Source of the DNA: the human T2T-CHM13v2.0 reference genome, Homo sapiens
Reading direction: 5' to 3' (one strand)
Assembly: GCF_009914755.1 (NCBI RefSeq)
Contig: NC_060926.1
Length of the DNA stretch: 64,000 bases
The notes under the pieces: generated by a model
Seen by the model: the letters and a program-made list of their open reading frames with translations, nothing else
What the model was told of the DNA's origin: nothing
The model's database searches: none
Translations under genes and position numbers: made by a program
Part shown: positions 14,266-26,939 of the stretch, in pieces
Position numbering within the stretch: position 1 is the first letter of the stretch
How the letters are laid out: every line of letters starts with the position of its first letter

Positions 14266-16868
14266 GGCCAGGTGTGGTGGCTCACCCATGTAATCCCAAC
14301 ACATTGGGAGGCCAAGCCAAGAGGATAGCTTGAGCCCAGGAGTTTAAAACCAGCCTGGACAACTGTATTAGTCCATTTACACACTGCTGATAAAGACATA
14401 CCTGAGACTGGAAAGTAAAAGAGGTTTAATGGACTTACAGTTCCACGTGGCTTGGGAGGCATCACAATCATGGCAGAAAGCAAGGGGGGCAAGTTATAGC
14501 TTACATGGATGGTGGCAGGCAAAGAGAGCACTTGTGCAGAGAAACTCCTGTTTTTAAAACCACCAGATCTCATGAGACCCATTCACTATCATAAGAATAG
14601 CATGGGAAAGACCTGCCCCCTTGATTCAATCATCTCCTGCCGAGTCCTTCTGACAACATGTGGAAATTATGAGAGCTACAAGACAAGATTTGAGTGGGAA
14701 CACAGAGCCAAACCATATCATTCTTCCCCTGGTCCCTCCCAAATCTCATATCTTCACATTTCAAAACCAATCATGCCTTCTGAACAGTCCCCCAAAGTCT
14801 CAATTCATTTCATCATTAACTCAAAAGTCCATAGTGCAAAGTCTCATCCAAGACAAGGCAAGTAAGTCCCTTCCACCTATGAGCCTGTAAAATCAAAAGC
14901 AAGTTAGTTAATTCCTAGATACAATAGGGGTACAGGCATTGGGTAAATACAGCCAATCTAAATGGGAGAAATTGGCCAAAACAAAGGGGCTACAGGCCCC
15001 ATGCAAGTCTGAAACCCAGTGGGACAGTCAAATCTTAAAGCTCCAAAATGATCTCCTTTGACTCCATGTCTCACATCCAGGTCATGCTGATGCAAGAGGC
15101 AGGTTCCCATAGTCTTGGGCAGCCCCACCCCTGTGGCTTTGCAGGGTACAGCCTCCTTCCCAGCTACCTTCACTGGCGGTGTTGAGTGTCTGAGGCTTTT
15201 CCAGGCGCATGGTACAAGCTGTCAGTGGATCTACCATTCTGGAGTCTGGAGGATGATGGCCCTATTCTCACAGCTTTACTAGGTGGTGCCCCAGTAGGGA
15301 CTCTGTGTGGGGGCTCCCACCCAACATTTCCCTTCTGCACTGCCCTAGCAGAGGTTCCACATGAGGACCCCACCCCTACAGCAAACTTCTGCCTGGGCAT
15401 CCGGGCATTTCCATACGTCTTCTGAAATCTAGGTGGAGGTTCCCAAACCTCAATTCTTGAATTTTATGCACTCACAGGCCCAACACCACGTGGAAGCTGC
15501 CAAGTCTTGAGGCTTGCATCCTCTGAAGCCACAGTCTGAGCTCTACATTGGCCCCTTTCAGCCGTGGCTGGAGCAGCTGGGATGCAGGGCACAAAGTCCC
15601 TAGACTGTACACAGCATGGGGACCCTGGACCCAGCCCATGAAACCACTCTTTCCTCCTAGGCCTCCAGACCTGTGATGAGAGGGACTGCCATGAAGACCT
15701 CTCACGTGCCCTGGAGACATTTTCCCCATTGTCTTGGGGATTAACATTTGGCTCCAAATTACTTATGCAAATTTCTGAGGCTGGCTTGGATTTCTCCTCA
15801 GAAAATGGGATTTTTCTTTTCTATTGCCTTGTCAGGCTGCAAGTTTTCTGAACTTTTATGCTCTGCTTCCCTTATAAAACTGAATGCCCTCAACAGCATC
15901 CAAGTCACCTCTTGAATGCTTTGCTGTTTAGACATTTCTTCTGCCAGATACCCTAAATCATCTATTTCAAGTTCAAAGTTCCACAAATCTTTAGGGCAGG
16001 GGCAAAATGCTGCCAGTCTCTCTGCTAAAACATAACAAGAGTCACCTTTGCTCCGGTTCCCAACAAGTTCCTCATTTCCATCTGAGACCACCTCAGCCTG
16101 GACATTATGGTTCGTATCACTGTCAGCATTTTTGTCAAAGCCATTCAACAAATCTCCAGGAAGTTCCAAACTTTCCCACGTTTTCTTGTCTTCTTCTGAG
16201 CCCTCCAAACTGTTCCAACCTCTGCCTGTTACTCAGTTCCAAAGTCGCTTCCATAGTTTTGGGTATCTTTTCAGTAACGCCCCACTCTACTTGTACCAAT
16301 TTACTTTATTAGTCTGTTTTCATACTGCTGATAAAGACATACCCAAGATTGGGAAGAAGTAGTTTAATGGACTTACAGTTCTACATGGCTGGGGAGGCCT
16401 CACAATCATGGAGGAAGGCAAGATGTAGCAAGTCATGTCTTACATGGATGGCAGCAGGCAAAGAGACAGCTTCTGCAGATAAACTCCTGTTTATAAAACC
16501 CTCAGGTCTCATGAGACCCATTCACTATCATAGAACAGCACAGGAAAGACCCAGCCCCATGATTCAATCATCTCCCACCAGGTCCCTCCCACAACACATG
16601 GGAATTATGGAACCTACAAGATGAGATTTGGGTGGGGACACAGAGCCAAACCATATCAACAACATAGCAAGAACCTGTCTCTACAAAAATAATTTTTTAG
16701 AAATTAGACAGGTGTGGTAGTGCATACCTGTAGTCCCTGCTACTCAGAAGGCTAAAGTGAGAGGATTGCTTGAACCCAGGAGGTTCAAGGCTGCAGTGAG
16801 CTATGCTGGAGCCACTGTACGCCAGCCTGGGTAACAAAGAGGGACTGTGTCTCCAAAAATAAAAAATA
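14266..16868 (+). mobile_element. AluJ split by the THE1 insertion (14266-14363 and 16664-16868)
   Basis: Alu sequence resumes after the LTR; Alu TSD agagctcagaga on both sides. Confidence 0.9.
14364..16658 (-). mobile_element. Full-length THE1 MaLR: LTR 14364-14720, internal region, LTR 16305-16658
   Basis: Both LTRs run t(g/t)tattagtc..ccaaaccatatca; decayed MaLR internal ORF; 5-bp TSD acaac at 14359 and 16659. Confidence 0.95.
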
Positions 16869-16884
16869 ACAGAGCTCAGAGAAA

Positions 16885-17805
16885 TGGCTGATTTCAGGAT
16901 TAGGGCAGAGGAAATACAAGATTAACCTGGAACATCTTACTAGGCTAGAAAGTAAGAAGTGCCCCCCAAAATTGTGCAAGCATCAAGTCAAAATGACTCA
17001 GAAGTCAGCTTGAAGGGTACACCACTAGATAAATCTGGAACAATTTGAGCATCAAAGTAAATAATAGTAATAAATTGATTAAAGCATAAATCTATGAGTT
17101 CAGTCATATAAATAAATAAATAAATTGATACTTAGTGGAGAATGAGATATTTACATAGCCTCAAAGTATGTCCTGCAAAATATTTATGAATAAAAAAAGG
17201 GAAATGAGGTTAATTTATAATAGAGGAGCCTAGAAGATACCATTTTAATCAGATAATCAAAGTGAACATCTCAGTAATAAAACAAATTGAAAATGTAGAC
17301 CCTCTGATAGAATGCAATGAGAACACAGCATTGCTTCGGTGAGATTCTTGCCAAAGAAGCATAACCTTATCATAAGATAATATCAGACAAAGCTAAACTG
17401 GGGAACATTATAAAAATTAATGACCTATAATCTTCTAAAGTGTCAGGGTCCTGAAAGTCAAGGAAAGACAGGAATGGTTCCAGATTGAAGACAACTAAAG
17501 AGATGAACTAAATGCAGTACTTGATTTTGGACTGGATTATTTTATTATAAATTACATTGGAACATTTGACAAAACTTGAACATGGTCTAAGGATTAGATC
17601 ATAGCAATGTGCTGATGTTAACTCCCTGATCTTGAGTAACTGTGTTCTGGTTAAATAGGAGAATATCCTTGTCTATAGGAAAATATACACTAAAGTATAG
17701 GGGTAATACAGCATCAGGTCAGCAACTTACTCTCAAACTGTTCAAGTAACAAAAGTTCTTTGTCCTCTTTCTGTAAGTTTTCTGTATGTTTAACATGGCT
17801 TCAAA
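16885..17805 (+). mobile_element. Old L1MC-type 3' UTR
   Basis: ataatcaaagtgaacatc..cctctgatagaatgcaatgagaacacagc.. and gcaacttactctcaaactgttca. Confidence 0.65.
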
Positions 17806-17845
17806 ATGCAAATTGTTCTTCACAAAAATGCAAAACTAAACGTAC

Positions 17846-17973
17846 ATTAAGTTACAGCAGACTCTCACAGATATTTGTCACATAATGCCATTTTCCTTGG
17901 TCACAGGTTTAGCTACAGAACGATATCTTGCCAGTCTTTCACATGAGAAAAACTAGTTATCGAAGACAATTGT
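17846..17973 (-). pseudogene. Pseudo-exon, 128 nt: TIVFDN*FFSCERLARYRSVAKPVTKENGIM*QISVRVCCNL (frame uncertain)
   Basis: Acceptor gtttttatAG, donor AAT|GTACGT. Phase 0 in and phase 2 out fit the flanking blocks. Confidence 0.55.
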
Positions 17974-18080
17974 CTATAAAAACTTTAATAATACCATATT
18001 TATTTTTTTGTTGGGAAGGGGGACAATTTGCAAGACAGAACAAGGATATTCATTTATTAAACAAATTTTATTAAACATAC

Positions 18081-18642
18081 ATTAAGTTTTGTGGTAGGTA
18101 CAAGTTTTCTTTCTGTGGTGGTCACTGTGATGCACTGCTCAGATTCCCCCTTCAGGACTCAAGGTTTTATTCCCCAAGCAGCAAGGAATGCTGTGGACAA
18201 GGCAGCCCTCAGCTGTCAGTTCCTTTCAGGAATTTCCTCAGTTGAAGAGAGATTCCTTGCCTAAGGTGACAGTCCCTTTCTGGGGTGGTCTACATCCAAT
18301 CACTGGTCAATGCAGAGGTATAAAGGCCTAGCCCTGTTGCCCCAATTCAAGGCATCTTTGATAGGTCATCCCTGCTTCAGAACATCCCAGAGGGCTAAGG
18401 GTTTCATTGAGAATCCATCAATCCATCACGGCTCCACTTCTCCCTCTGCCAGTCCCTTCCGTTTCCTTGCCTTTCCTGTCCTAGGTGATGATCCTTGGAG
18501 CATGCCTAATGAACCTCCTGCCTGCTCATCTCTGACTCACAGTCTGCCTCTCCGAAAGCCTACCTGTGCCATCTCGGTAACTGGTTTCTCTCTGGAGTTA
18601 CAAAGGACTATTATTTTTCAACTTTCTGACTATTAAATACGG
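18081..18642 (-). pseudogene. Pseudo-exon split by LTR16A: (A)VFNSQKVEK**SFVTPERNQLPR [LTR] RKLVPTTKLN
   Basis: Acceptor aattatAG at 18644-18643, donor AAT|GTATGT at 18080. Phase 1 in and phase 0 out match neighbours. Confidence 0.55.
18114..18571 (+). mobile_element. LTR16A-like ERVL solo LTR
   Basis: TG..CA ends; cagattcccccttcagga, CCAAT and TATAAA, ..agtctgcctc..acctgtgcca. Confidence 0.8.
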
Positions 18643-18955
18643 CTATAATTTATAACATTAAAATTTTATGAGCTTCTCTTTGCCTGCTCCACTTTCCCTC
18701 TCTTGATCAAACAGCATGAAGTGGAAAGATATAGACGCTGAGAATGGGAACAGAAAAAGCCTAAGAGGAAGCCAGAGTCTGTCTTGGGAAGGCAAGTTAA
18801 GGTGTAGGACAAGTTTGTCTGGTCCACCACCCTTTTCTTTGCTATTTTCTCCCTCTTTCAACCCCTGCCTCCTAGTGATCCCTGTGTTCCATGCATTCAT
18901 ATTGCATGGCTCCTCCCTTCTCAGAAGAGTAACTCATCCCTACTGGAGCTGACTT

Positions 18956-19348
18956 GCCTTACTTAGTCAATTCCAGCTTCTATAACAGACTACAATAAAC
19001 TGGGCAGCTTCAACAATAGATATTTATTCCTCACAGTTCTGGAGCCTGGGAAGTCCAAGATAAAAGTGCTGGCAGATCTAGTGTCTAGAGAGGACACACT
19101 TCCTGGTTTGCAGATGGCCATCTTCTCCACGTATCCTCCTATGGCAGGGAGCAGAGAAAGAAGAGGAAGGGGATGTGGGGAAACAGAAAAAGAGAGAACA
19201 AGCTCTTCTCCTTAAAAAGGCACTAATCCTGCTCCACCCTCAGGACCTAATTACTTCCCAAAGACCCCACCTCCAAATACTATCACTTTGGGGGTTAGGA
19301 TTTCACCATATGAGTTTTTCAGGGGACATAAACATTTAGTTCATAACA
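18956..19348 (-). mobile_element. MLT1A-like MaLR LTR
   Basis: tttattcctcacagttctggagcctgggaagtccaagat..acataaacatttagttcataaca. Confidence 0.85.
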
Positions 19349-19437
19349 GGATGTAATGTATCATTCTCCTTAAAGAGTTTGCAGTAGAAAGAAACTTTTT
19401 TTTTCTTTTTTTAAGGCTTATTCCATTCAAAACATAC

Positions 19438-19616
19438 CCAGAGATTGGTGGAAGGAAGATAATGAATCTGTTGGCATTAGTAAGATAGATGGTTTTGGTA
19501 CTCTCCTGAATCATCCATGTAGGCAGTTGTCTTCTTCATTTACACATCAATTGAAGTTCTCTTATAATAAGTCCTTGGGGGAAATATCTGGGAAAAGCTA
19601 GTATTTGGAACTATTC
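19438..19616 (-). pseudogene. Pseudo-exon, 179 nt: (G)IVPNTSFSQIFPPRTYYKRTSIDV/NEEDNCLHG*FRRVPKPSILLMPTDSLSSFHQSL
   Basis: Acceptor tttttcaaatAG, donor TGG|GTATGT. Removing a 2-bp GT slip gives a 177-nt phase 1-1 exon that joins the next block in frame. Confidence 0.65.
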
Positions 19617-20166
19617 CTATTTGAAAAATTGCTATAAATCCTTTACCCCAGGCATTAGCAGATTAAATCATTTTTTGCAGAAACAGACTGAGATTTAATT
19701 CTTATGACACAAATTAGCTCTGTTTTGTTTGTTAACATCTATTTTTATCAGACCATAGGCAATAGAAATCAACGTTTAAGTTAAGAAAACTGTATCTGTA
19801 GGGATGTCAGATTTAAAATTCTGCCTAATTAGGTAGTCCTGGATATTACTAATTTTTTTTTGCTTTTTCAAGTAATATAAGTGTGATATGCTATCAGTAT
19901 TATGAAACAAACACCCTTTTTCCATTTTTTCCTTCTACTGAGAAAAATATTTTTTAAATGTTACAGCTTAATGCTTCAGGATCTTGTCTAAACAGAAACA
20001 TTAAGCATGTTGATTTGTGTTTTCCTAATTATCTCCTTTCTATTTTTAAAGTTGGCCCTTTATCAGGCATTTTTCAGTCTTTCCACACGTGCCCTTGTTT
20101 TTTGACAAGATGTCAAAGTGATAGCAAATGGTTCCACCATGGTAAGGAGCTTCCTGTGTGCTGTTG

Positions 20167-20254
20167 ATGAGCTGAGATGGCGCACTGCACTGTACCCTGA
20201 ATAACAGAGCAAGACTCCATCTCAAAACAACAAAAAACAAACAAACAAACAAAC
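20167..20254 (+). mobile_element. Alu 3' fragment with (CAAA)n tail
   Basis: tgagctgagatggcgcactgcac..agagcaagactccatctc. Confidence 0.85.
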
Positions 20255-20719
20255 AGAATGCAATTCATTCAGATAAAGAGACTTAGAAACCACAGATCAA
20301 TTTTGGCCTGTACAGGTGACTAAATTGCCTTTCAGAAAGGTTGTACCAGATGATATTCCCATAGCAGTGTATAAGAGTAGCTGTTTTCATGTCTTCGCTA
20401 ACACTGAATTTTATAATTATTCACAATCTTTGGTGAATGACAAAAAAACCCACAATATTTCATTTGTCCCAATTAAAAATTATTTATTGCATTTCCTCAT
20501 TATGTAACTCAGTAATGTTCATTACAGAAAAATAGCAAATCAAAGATTTTAAAAAGTAACCATAACACAAAGGCCAACAGATAATCAGCATTAACACATT
20601 CTTTGTATACATAGACATTCTCTGTTATGACTTTTACTTTTGATGTCATGCTTACATTTGATATATTTTTACCTAGATTTTCTTCTAATGATTATAAAAA
20701 TGTATTTAATTTAATCTAA

Positions 20720-21482
20720 AAATTTTTAATTGAAAATCATACTAACATAAAATTCACCATCTTAACTATTTTTAAGTGTACAGTTCAGTAGTGTTAAGGA
20801 TATTCACACGGTTGTGCAACCAATCTCCACAACCTCTGTCTTACAAAAATGAAACTCTATGTCCATTAAACAAAAATTCCCTATTTCCCTCTCACTCCAG
20901 CCCTCAACCACTACCCTTCTACTTTCTGTTTCTATGAACCTGACTACTCTATATATTTCATATGTAAGTGATATAAGTGGAATCATACAGTGTCTGTCTG
21001 TTTGTGATTGGCTTATTTCACATAGCATAATGTCCTCAAGGTTCATTCTTATTCTAGCATGTGTCATAATGTCCTCAAGGTTCATTCTTATTCTAGCATG
21101 TGTCACAATTCCTTTGTCTTTAATGCTGAATAATATTCCATTGCATGTATATACTACATTTTCTTTATCCATTCATTGATGGACATGGACACTTGGGTTG
21201 TTTCTCCACTTTGGCTATCATGAAATAATCCTGCTGATAACATGAGTGTACAACTATTTCTTCAAGACTTTGCTTGCAATTCTTTTGGATATATACCCAG
21301 AAGTAGAATTGGTGGATCATATGGTAGTTCTATTTTTAATTTTTTGAGGAATCACCATACTGGTTTCCGCAGTAGCTGCACCATTTTGCATTCCTACCAA
21401 CAGGGTTTCAATTTCTCTACATCCTCATCAACACTGTTTTTAATATAGTAGCCATCCATCCTGATGGGTGTGAAGTGATAAT
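20720..21482 (-). mobile_element. L1MA/MB 3' end with an internal 39-bp tandem duplication
   Basis: Antisense L1 3' UTR and ORF2 end; duplicate at 21026-21064 and 21065-21103. Confidence 0.88.
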
Positions 21483-21489
21483 TTAAATG

Positions 21490-21940
21490 TCTTCTCCCTC
21501 TCTTTCTCTCTCTATGCTTGAATCTGCTTCTCTCTGATTTTTAGCTTTATGATTTTGGGTCTGCCATCTGTGTAAGACTGGAAACATGGCCTGTGATGGA
21601 TCCAAACTTAGCCTCATAGCTTAGCAACCAAACAGAAAGGAAGTGCTTCCTCCTGGCCCCAGTTTGGAAAATCTCTGGGAAGGAGACTGATTGGCATAGA
21701 CTAACTCATACATGCATCCCTTGGACCAATCAACAATGGCCAAGTGATTAGCCCTTCTTGAGTCATATGCATATCTCTTCAGGGGCAGGGAGTTATATAA
21801 CTAACAGGATAAAACCTCCAATTCAGAGCAAGGGGAGGATGAACATTTTCCCAAATGTGGGTGGGATAAGTAGGAAAAATATAGCCATTTGGAGAAGCAT
21901 TGTGAACTGGGTAGTCAACGCAATGTATGTCTACTATACA
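21490..21940 (-). mobile_element. Old MLT1-type LTR
   Basis: ggaaggagactgattggc..ccttggaccaatca..gtctactataca. Confidence 0.55.
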
Positions 21941-22271
21941 TTTGAAACCTTGACGGTTAGAGTTTGCTTTCTTCATTTTCTCATTGTCTGATTTTCCTCC
22001 TCTTTTCCCAAGAGATGTGAAAGAGAAGCAGAGTACTCCAATGAATGATTTCCTTTATCCCAAGCAAGGCCTGGTATTTGATGAGAGATGTATTCTAAGA
22101 GAGTTTTTAACTAGAAATTGTGTATTCACCTGCAGCATTTCAAAATTCAGATGTTTGTACTCTTGTTCAAGTATTTTTAAATTCTATTTTCTCTGAGAAG
22201 GTCAAATATTACATACTATCTGTTTCTGTGAACAGAAGAGTACATTTTCTGATTAACAGAGTTTTTTGCAA
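21941..22271 (-). pseudogene. Pseudo-exon 5' part (..AKNSVNQKMYSSVHRNR.. / QIPGLAWDKGNHSLEYSASLSHLLGKEEENQTMRK..), cut by an MLT1-type LTR; may resume at about 20167-19915
   Basis: Strong acceptor tcttattttcctAG; coding-like runs with several stops and frameshifts. Confidence 0.4.
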
Positions 22272-22530
22272 CTAGGAAAATAAGACTGTTTTTAAGTATC
22301 ATGATTTAAAGCCCTCGCAGTAGGAAACCAAATTATATAGTTTATAGTGAAATGAAATGGAGATTCATCCATTGTTATTGCCATATAAAAGTTATATTTA
22401 AATGTAATACCTTAATATATTTTACTTCCTTAAAAAAGAAACAAAATTTAATTTTATGACAAGGAAATTTCTATTATGTTTTTCACTATTAACATAATTT
22501 TAAAAATAATTTGATGTTAACACTTTTCTA

Positions 22531-23067
<537 letters not shown>

Positions 23068-23140
23068 TTAGACTTTCTGAATGTCCCCATTCTGTTCTGG
23101 ATCATTTTGATTGCAGTTTTATTAAGACTTGTACCTCCTT

Positions 23141-23445
23141 GGCCAGATGCAGTGGCTCACACTTAAAAGCCCAGCACTTTGGGAGGCCAAGGCAGGAGGC
23201 AGGAGGACTGCCTGAGGCCAGGAGCTCAAGATCAGCCTGGGCAGCATAGCAAGGCCTTATCTGTATAAAATAATTTAAAAATTAACTGGGCATGATGGCA
23301 AGTGCCTGTAGCCACAGCTACCTGGGAGGCTGAGGCAGAAGAATCGCTTGAGCCCAGGGGTTTAAGGATGCAGTGAGCCATGATCGACTGCAACACTGCT
23401 CTCCAGGCTGTGTGACACAGTGACACCCTCTCTCAAAAAAAAAAA
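23141..23445 (+). mobile_element. AluJ
   Basis: Diverged dimer; TSD ttgtacctc. Confidence 0.9.
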
Positions 23446-23448
23446 TTG

Positions 23449-23612
23449 TGGGAGGGGGGAGGGATAGCATTGGGAGATATACCTAATGCTAGATGACGAG
23501 TTAGTGGGTGCAGTGCACCAGCATGGCACGTGTATACATATGTAACTAACCTGCACATTGTGCACATGTACCCTAAAACTTAGTATAATAATAATAAATA
23601 AATGAAAAAAAG
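23449..23612 (+). mobile_element. Young 5'-truncated L1 (L1PA2-like) in the Alu tail
   Basis: gcattgggagatatacctaatgctagatgacGAGttagtggg; TSD aaaaaaaaattgt. Confidence 0.9.
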
Positions 23613-23882
23613 GAAAAAAAAATTGTACCTCTTCTAAATATTAAGCAAAATTAGCATAATTAGTATGAGATTTTAGATGAACAATTTATTAAACTATAAG
23701 ACAGCACAGTGATATAATAATGCCTTCCTAGATAAAGGAAAAGTAACTAATTAAATAAACAATCAGTATAGTAGTAGATATTTATTATTTAATTATAGAT
23801 TCAATGTAATGGTGATTGAAATTATAAATTTCATAACTGTTATATAATTTACTTAAGATACTATGTTAATCACAGATCAAAC

Positions 23883-24029
23883 CTCTGGTGAAACCTGATG
23901 GAAATGTCTGAAATATTATGTAACAAAAGAGCTATTCATAATAGGGTGAGCCGTGAGCATCTTTTGTTGTTGAAAATATGTTCCTTATGTTGCTTGTTTA
24001 TACTTCTATATTTTAAAAACAAATTTTGG
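23883..24029 (-). pseudogene. Pseudo-exon, 147 nt: QNLFLKYRSINKQHKEHIFNNKRCSRLTLL*IALLLHNISDISIRFHQ
   Basis: Acceptor ttttattctagtAG, donor GAG|GTTTGA. Length divisible by 3, one TGA stop. Confidence 0.55.
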
Positions 24030-24544
24030 CTACTAGAATAAAATACTTCAACAGCTACCACAAAGCAAATAATACACAAATAAAGGATATTGAGAAATGA
24101 CAGATTTGCATTTTTCTTTTTGAAGTTATCAATTCCTCAAGGAACTGTGACTTTTGCGTCTTATTCATCTCTGTATGATCAGGACCTAACACATTGCCCG
24201 GATTATGAAGGTCCTTGGTAAAGGTGTTGAATGAAAGGCAGAAAGAAAAGTACTAAAAAGAAAGGAAGGAAATGGGGAGGAAGGGAAGAAAGTGAAGTGG
24301 GGAAAGAGGGAAGGAGGGAGAGAAGGAAGAAGACTCTAAACTCCTTATGAGTTTCACTTTTGTTGTGAGTCATGTGTGACTGAATAGAGAAGCGCCTCAG
24401 AGTTCCCAAACCCCAGGGGCGAGGGGTGAGGGGAAAGGGGAATTCTAGAGGGCCAGGAGGCCAGAAGGCACCATAATTCTGCTTCTGGGAACTTCTATGT
24501 GCTGAGTCTCCACTGAAGACAACAGTGTAAGTAACTAGTGACAG

Positions 24545-24685
24545 AAAAATAGGAGGAATCTAAAATCTGTCCACAACTTGGTCTTTCTTCAAAATGATTC
24601 CTTCAGAAATGAATTCCCATCAATCTCCAAAGCCAGAATAGTAAGAGAATGGAGGTCATCATTCCCAACTCCTCCCCCTTCTTCA
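24545..24685 (-). pseudogene. Pseudo-exon segment, subdomains IX-XI-like: EEGGGVGNDDLHSLTILALEIDGNSFLKESF/EERPSCGQILDSSYF
   Basis: One extra T separates the two frames. LALEIDGN resembles recalled NRBP MAVLEIQGN; ERPSCGQIL..YF fits the kinase RPxxxxIL motif. Exon ends uncertain. Confidence 0.65.
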
Positions 24686-24714
24686 CTTGTAAATCTAATT
24701 ATTTTATGTTATGT

Positions 24715-25070
24715 TGTTTTATTTTACTTGTATTATGGTACGAACACTTCACACAAAATCTGTTCTCTTAACAAAATTTTAAGTGCATGATAATTCATCT
24801 TGCATAACTGAAATTTTGTACTCATTGAACAGACACTCCCTCCCTCCCTCAGCCACTGGCAACCACTATTCTCTTCTCTGCTTCTACAAGTCAACTATTT
24901 TAGGTGCCTCACATAAAAGAAATTATGCAGCATTTGCCTTTTTGTGACTTGCTTATTTCACTTAGTGTAATATCTTCCAGGCTATCTATGTTGTCATAAA
25001 TGACAGGATTTCCTTCTTTTTTAAGGCTAGTCTTCCATTGTATGTTTTATACCACATTTTCTTTATCTAC
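24715..25070 (-). mobile_element. L1MA/MB 3' end
   Basis: ctggcaaccactattct..gcttatttcacttag..accacattttctttatc. Confidence 0.8.
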
Positions 25071-25081
25071 CTTTCTTTCTT

Positions 25082-25720
25082 GCTGTGTTCTCAAATGGTT
25101 GAAGGGGCAAGGAGTTTCTCTCAGGCTGCTTTTATAAGGGCACTGTATTAGTCCATTCCCCATTCTCACACTGCTATATAGAAATACTTGAAAATGGGTA
25201 ATTTATAAAGAAAAGAGATTTAATTGTCTCACGGTTCTGCAGGCTGTACAGGAAGCACAGTGGCATCAGCTTCTGGGGAGGCCTCAGGGAACTTGCAGTC
25301 ATGGTGAAGGCAAAGTGGGAGCCACAATTCACATGGCCAGTGCAAGAGGAAGAGAGAGAGAAGGGGGAGACGCTACACATTTTCAAACAACCAGATCTCA
25401 CTATAACTCACCTACTCACTATCACAAGAACAGTACTGAGAAAATGGTGCGAAACCATTAATAAGAAACTACCCCCATGATCCGATGACCTCCCACAAGG
25501 CCCCACCTCCAACATTGGGGATTACAGTTAAACATGAGATTTGGTGGGGCCACAGATCCAAACCATACATATCAGGCACTTGTCCCATTCTTGAGCGCTC
25601 CACCTGCATGACCTAATAACCTCTCAAAGATCCCACCCCCCAATGCCATCAATCACCTGATGTTAGGATTTTAACATACAGTATGAATTTTGGGAGGACC
25701 CAAACATTCAGACCATAGCA
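25082..25720 (-). mobile_element. MLT1A-like LTR fragment containing an MST solo LTR (25144-25574)
   Basis: MST tgtattagtcc..cagatccaaaccatacatatca with TSD ggcac at 25139 and 25575. Confidence 0.88.
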
Positions 25721-25932
25721 AAGTATAACTGAAAATTTTAAATGTCTGTATCAGATTCTTAATGATAAATAAAGAATTTTGGTTCATTTATAACCTCTTA
25801 GCACTAATGTTAATACTAAAATACATTGAATTCTACATTCCATTACATCATTATTATGATAACACTACTATGCACATCCTGAATCTGTATACGTGATGGG
25901 AAATATCCTTGCTAAAATGCATACAATGCCTT

Positions 25933-26228
25933 CTTTTGTTTTGTTTTTGTTTTGATATGGAGTCTCGCTCTGTCGCCTAGGCTGGAGTGCAATGGCACGA
26001 TCTCAGCTCGCTGCAACCTCCGCCTCCCAGGTTCAAGAGGTTCTTCTGCCTCTAATGCCCTGCTAGGATTACAGGTGCACACCACCACGCCTGGCTAATT
26101 TTTGTATTTTTAGTAGAGACCGGGTTTCACCATGTTTGTCAGGCTGGTCTCAAACTCCTGACCTCGTGATCCGCCTGCCTCAGCCTCTCAAAGTGCTGGG
26201 ATTATAGGCGTGAGCCACCGCGCCCGGC
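25933..26228 (-). mobile_element. AluS
   Basis: Dimer; TSD gccttctt. Confidence 0.93.
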
Positions 26229-26541
26229 TACGCCTTCTTATTAGTTACCTGACTCATATCATACCCATCCAAATAGATTAAAAAATTTCATAGCACTGTG
26301 TTAGAAAGGACAGGAAAAACCGACACTCTCATCCTTCTAAATATAAACTGGTACAAGCACTTCAAAAGACAATTTAGCAATATTTATCAAAATGTTAAAA
26401 GCATACACCCATGGACTGTTAGCATTTCCACTTCTAGGAATTTAATCTGTAATATACTTGCATATCTATGAAATATGTATATGTTAGAATACACAATATA
26501 TTAGCCAACAATTATAAACAAACTAGCCATTGATAGAGAAC

Positions 26542-26939
26542 TGTGTTGATTAATTTTAAGTCACTGGGCCATGGTGCCCAGATATTTGGTTAAACATTAT
26601 TCTGATGTTTTGGTGAGGGTGTTTTTGGATGAGATTTAATATTTAAATTAGTGAACTCTGAGTAAAGAAGACTGTGCTCCATATCATGGGTGGGCCTCAT
26701 CTAATCAACTGAAGACCTGAATAGAACAAAGACTGACCTTCCCCAAGCAAGAAGGAATTCTGCCAGCAGTTGGCCTTCAGATTTGAACTGCAACATTGGC
26801 TCTTCCCTGGGTCTCCAACCTACTACCCCACCCTGCAGATGTGGGAATTGCCAGCATCTGTAATTCTCTTAAAAGAAAATTTTATATGTATACACATGTC
26901 CTCTTTGTTTTGTTTCTCTGGAGAACCCTGACTAATACA
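26542..26939 (+). mobile_element. MLT2 (ERVL) solo LTR inside an old L1ME fragment
   Basis: gtgcccagatatttggttaaacattattctg..ggagaaccctgactaataca. Confidence 0.85.

Noticed and set aside
14509-16624. ORF cluster including 136 aa at 15798-16208
   Set aside because: Fragments of the decayed THE1 internal region and LTRs.
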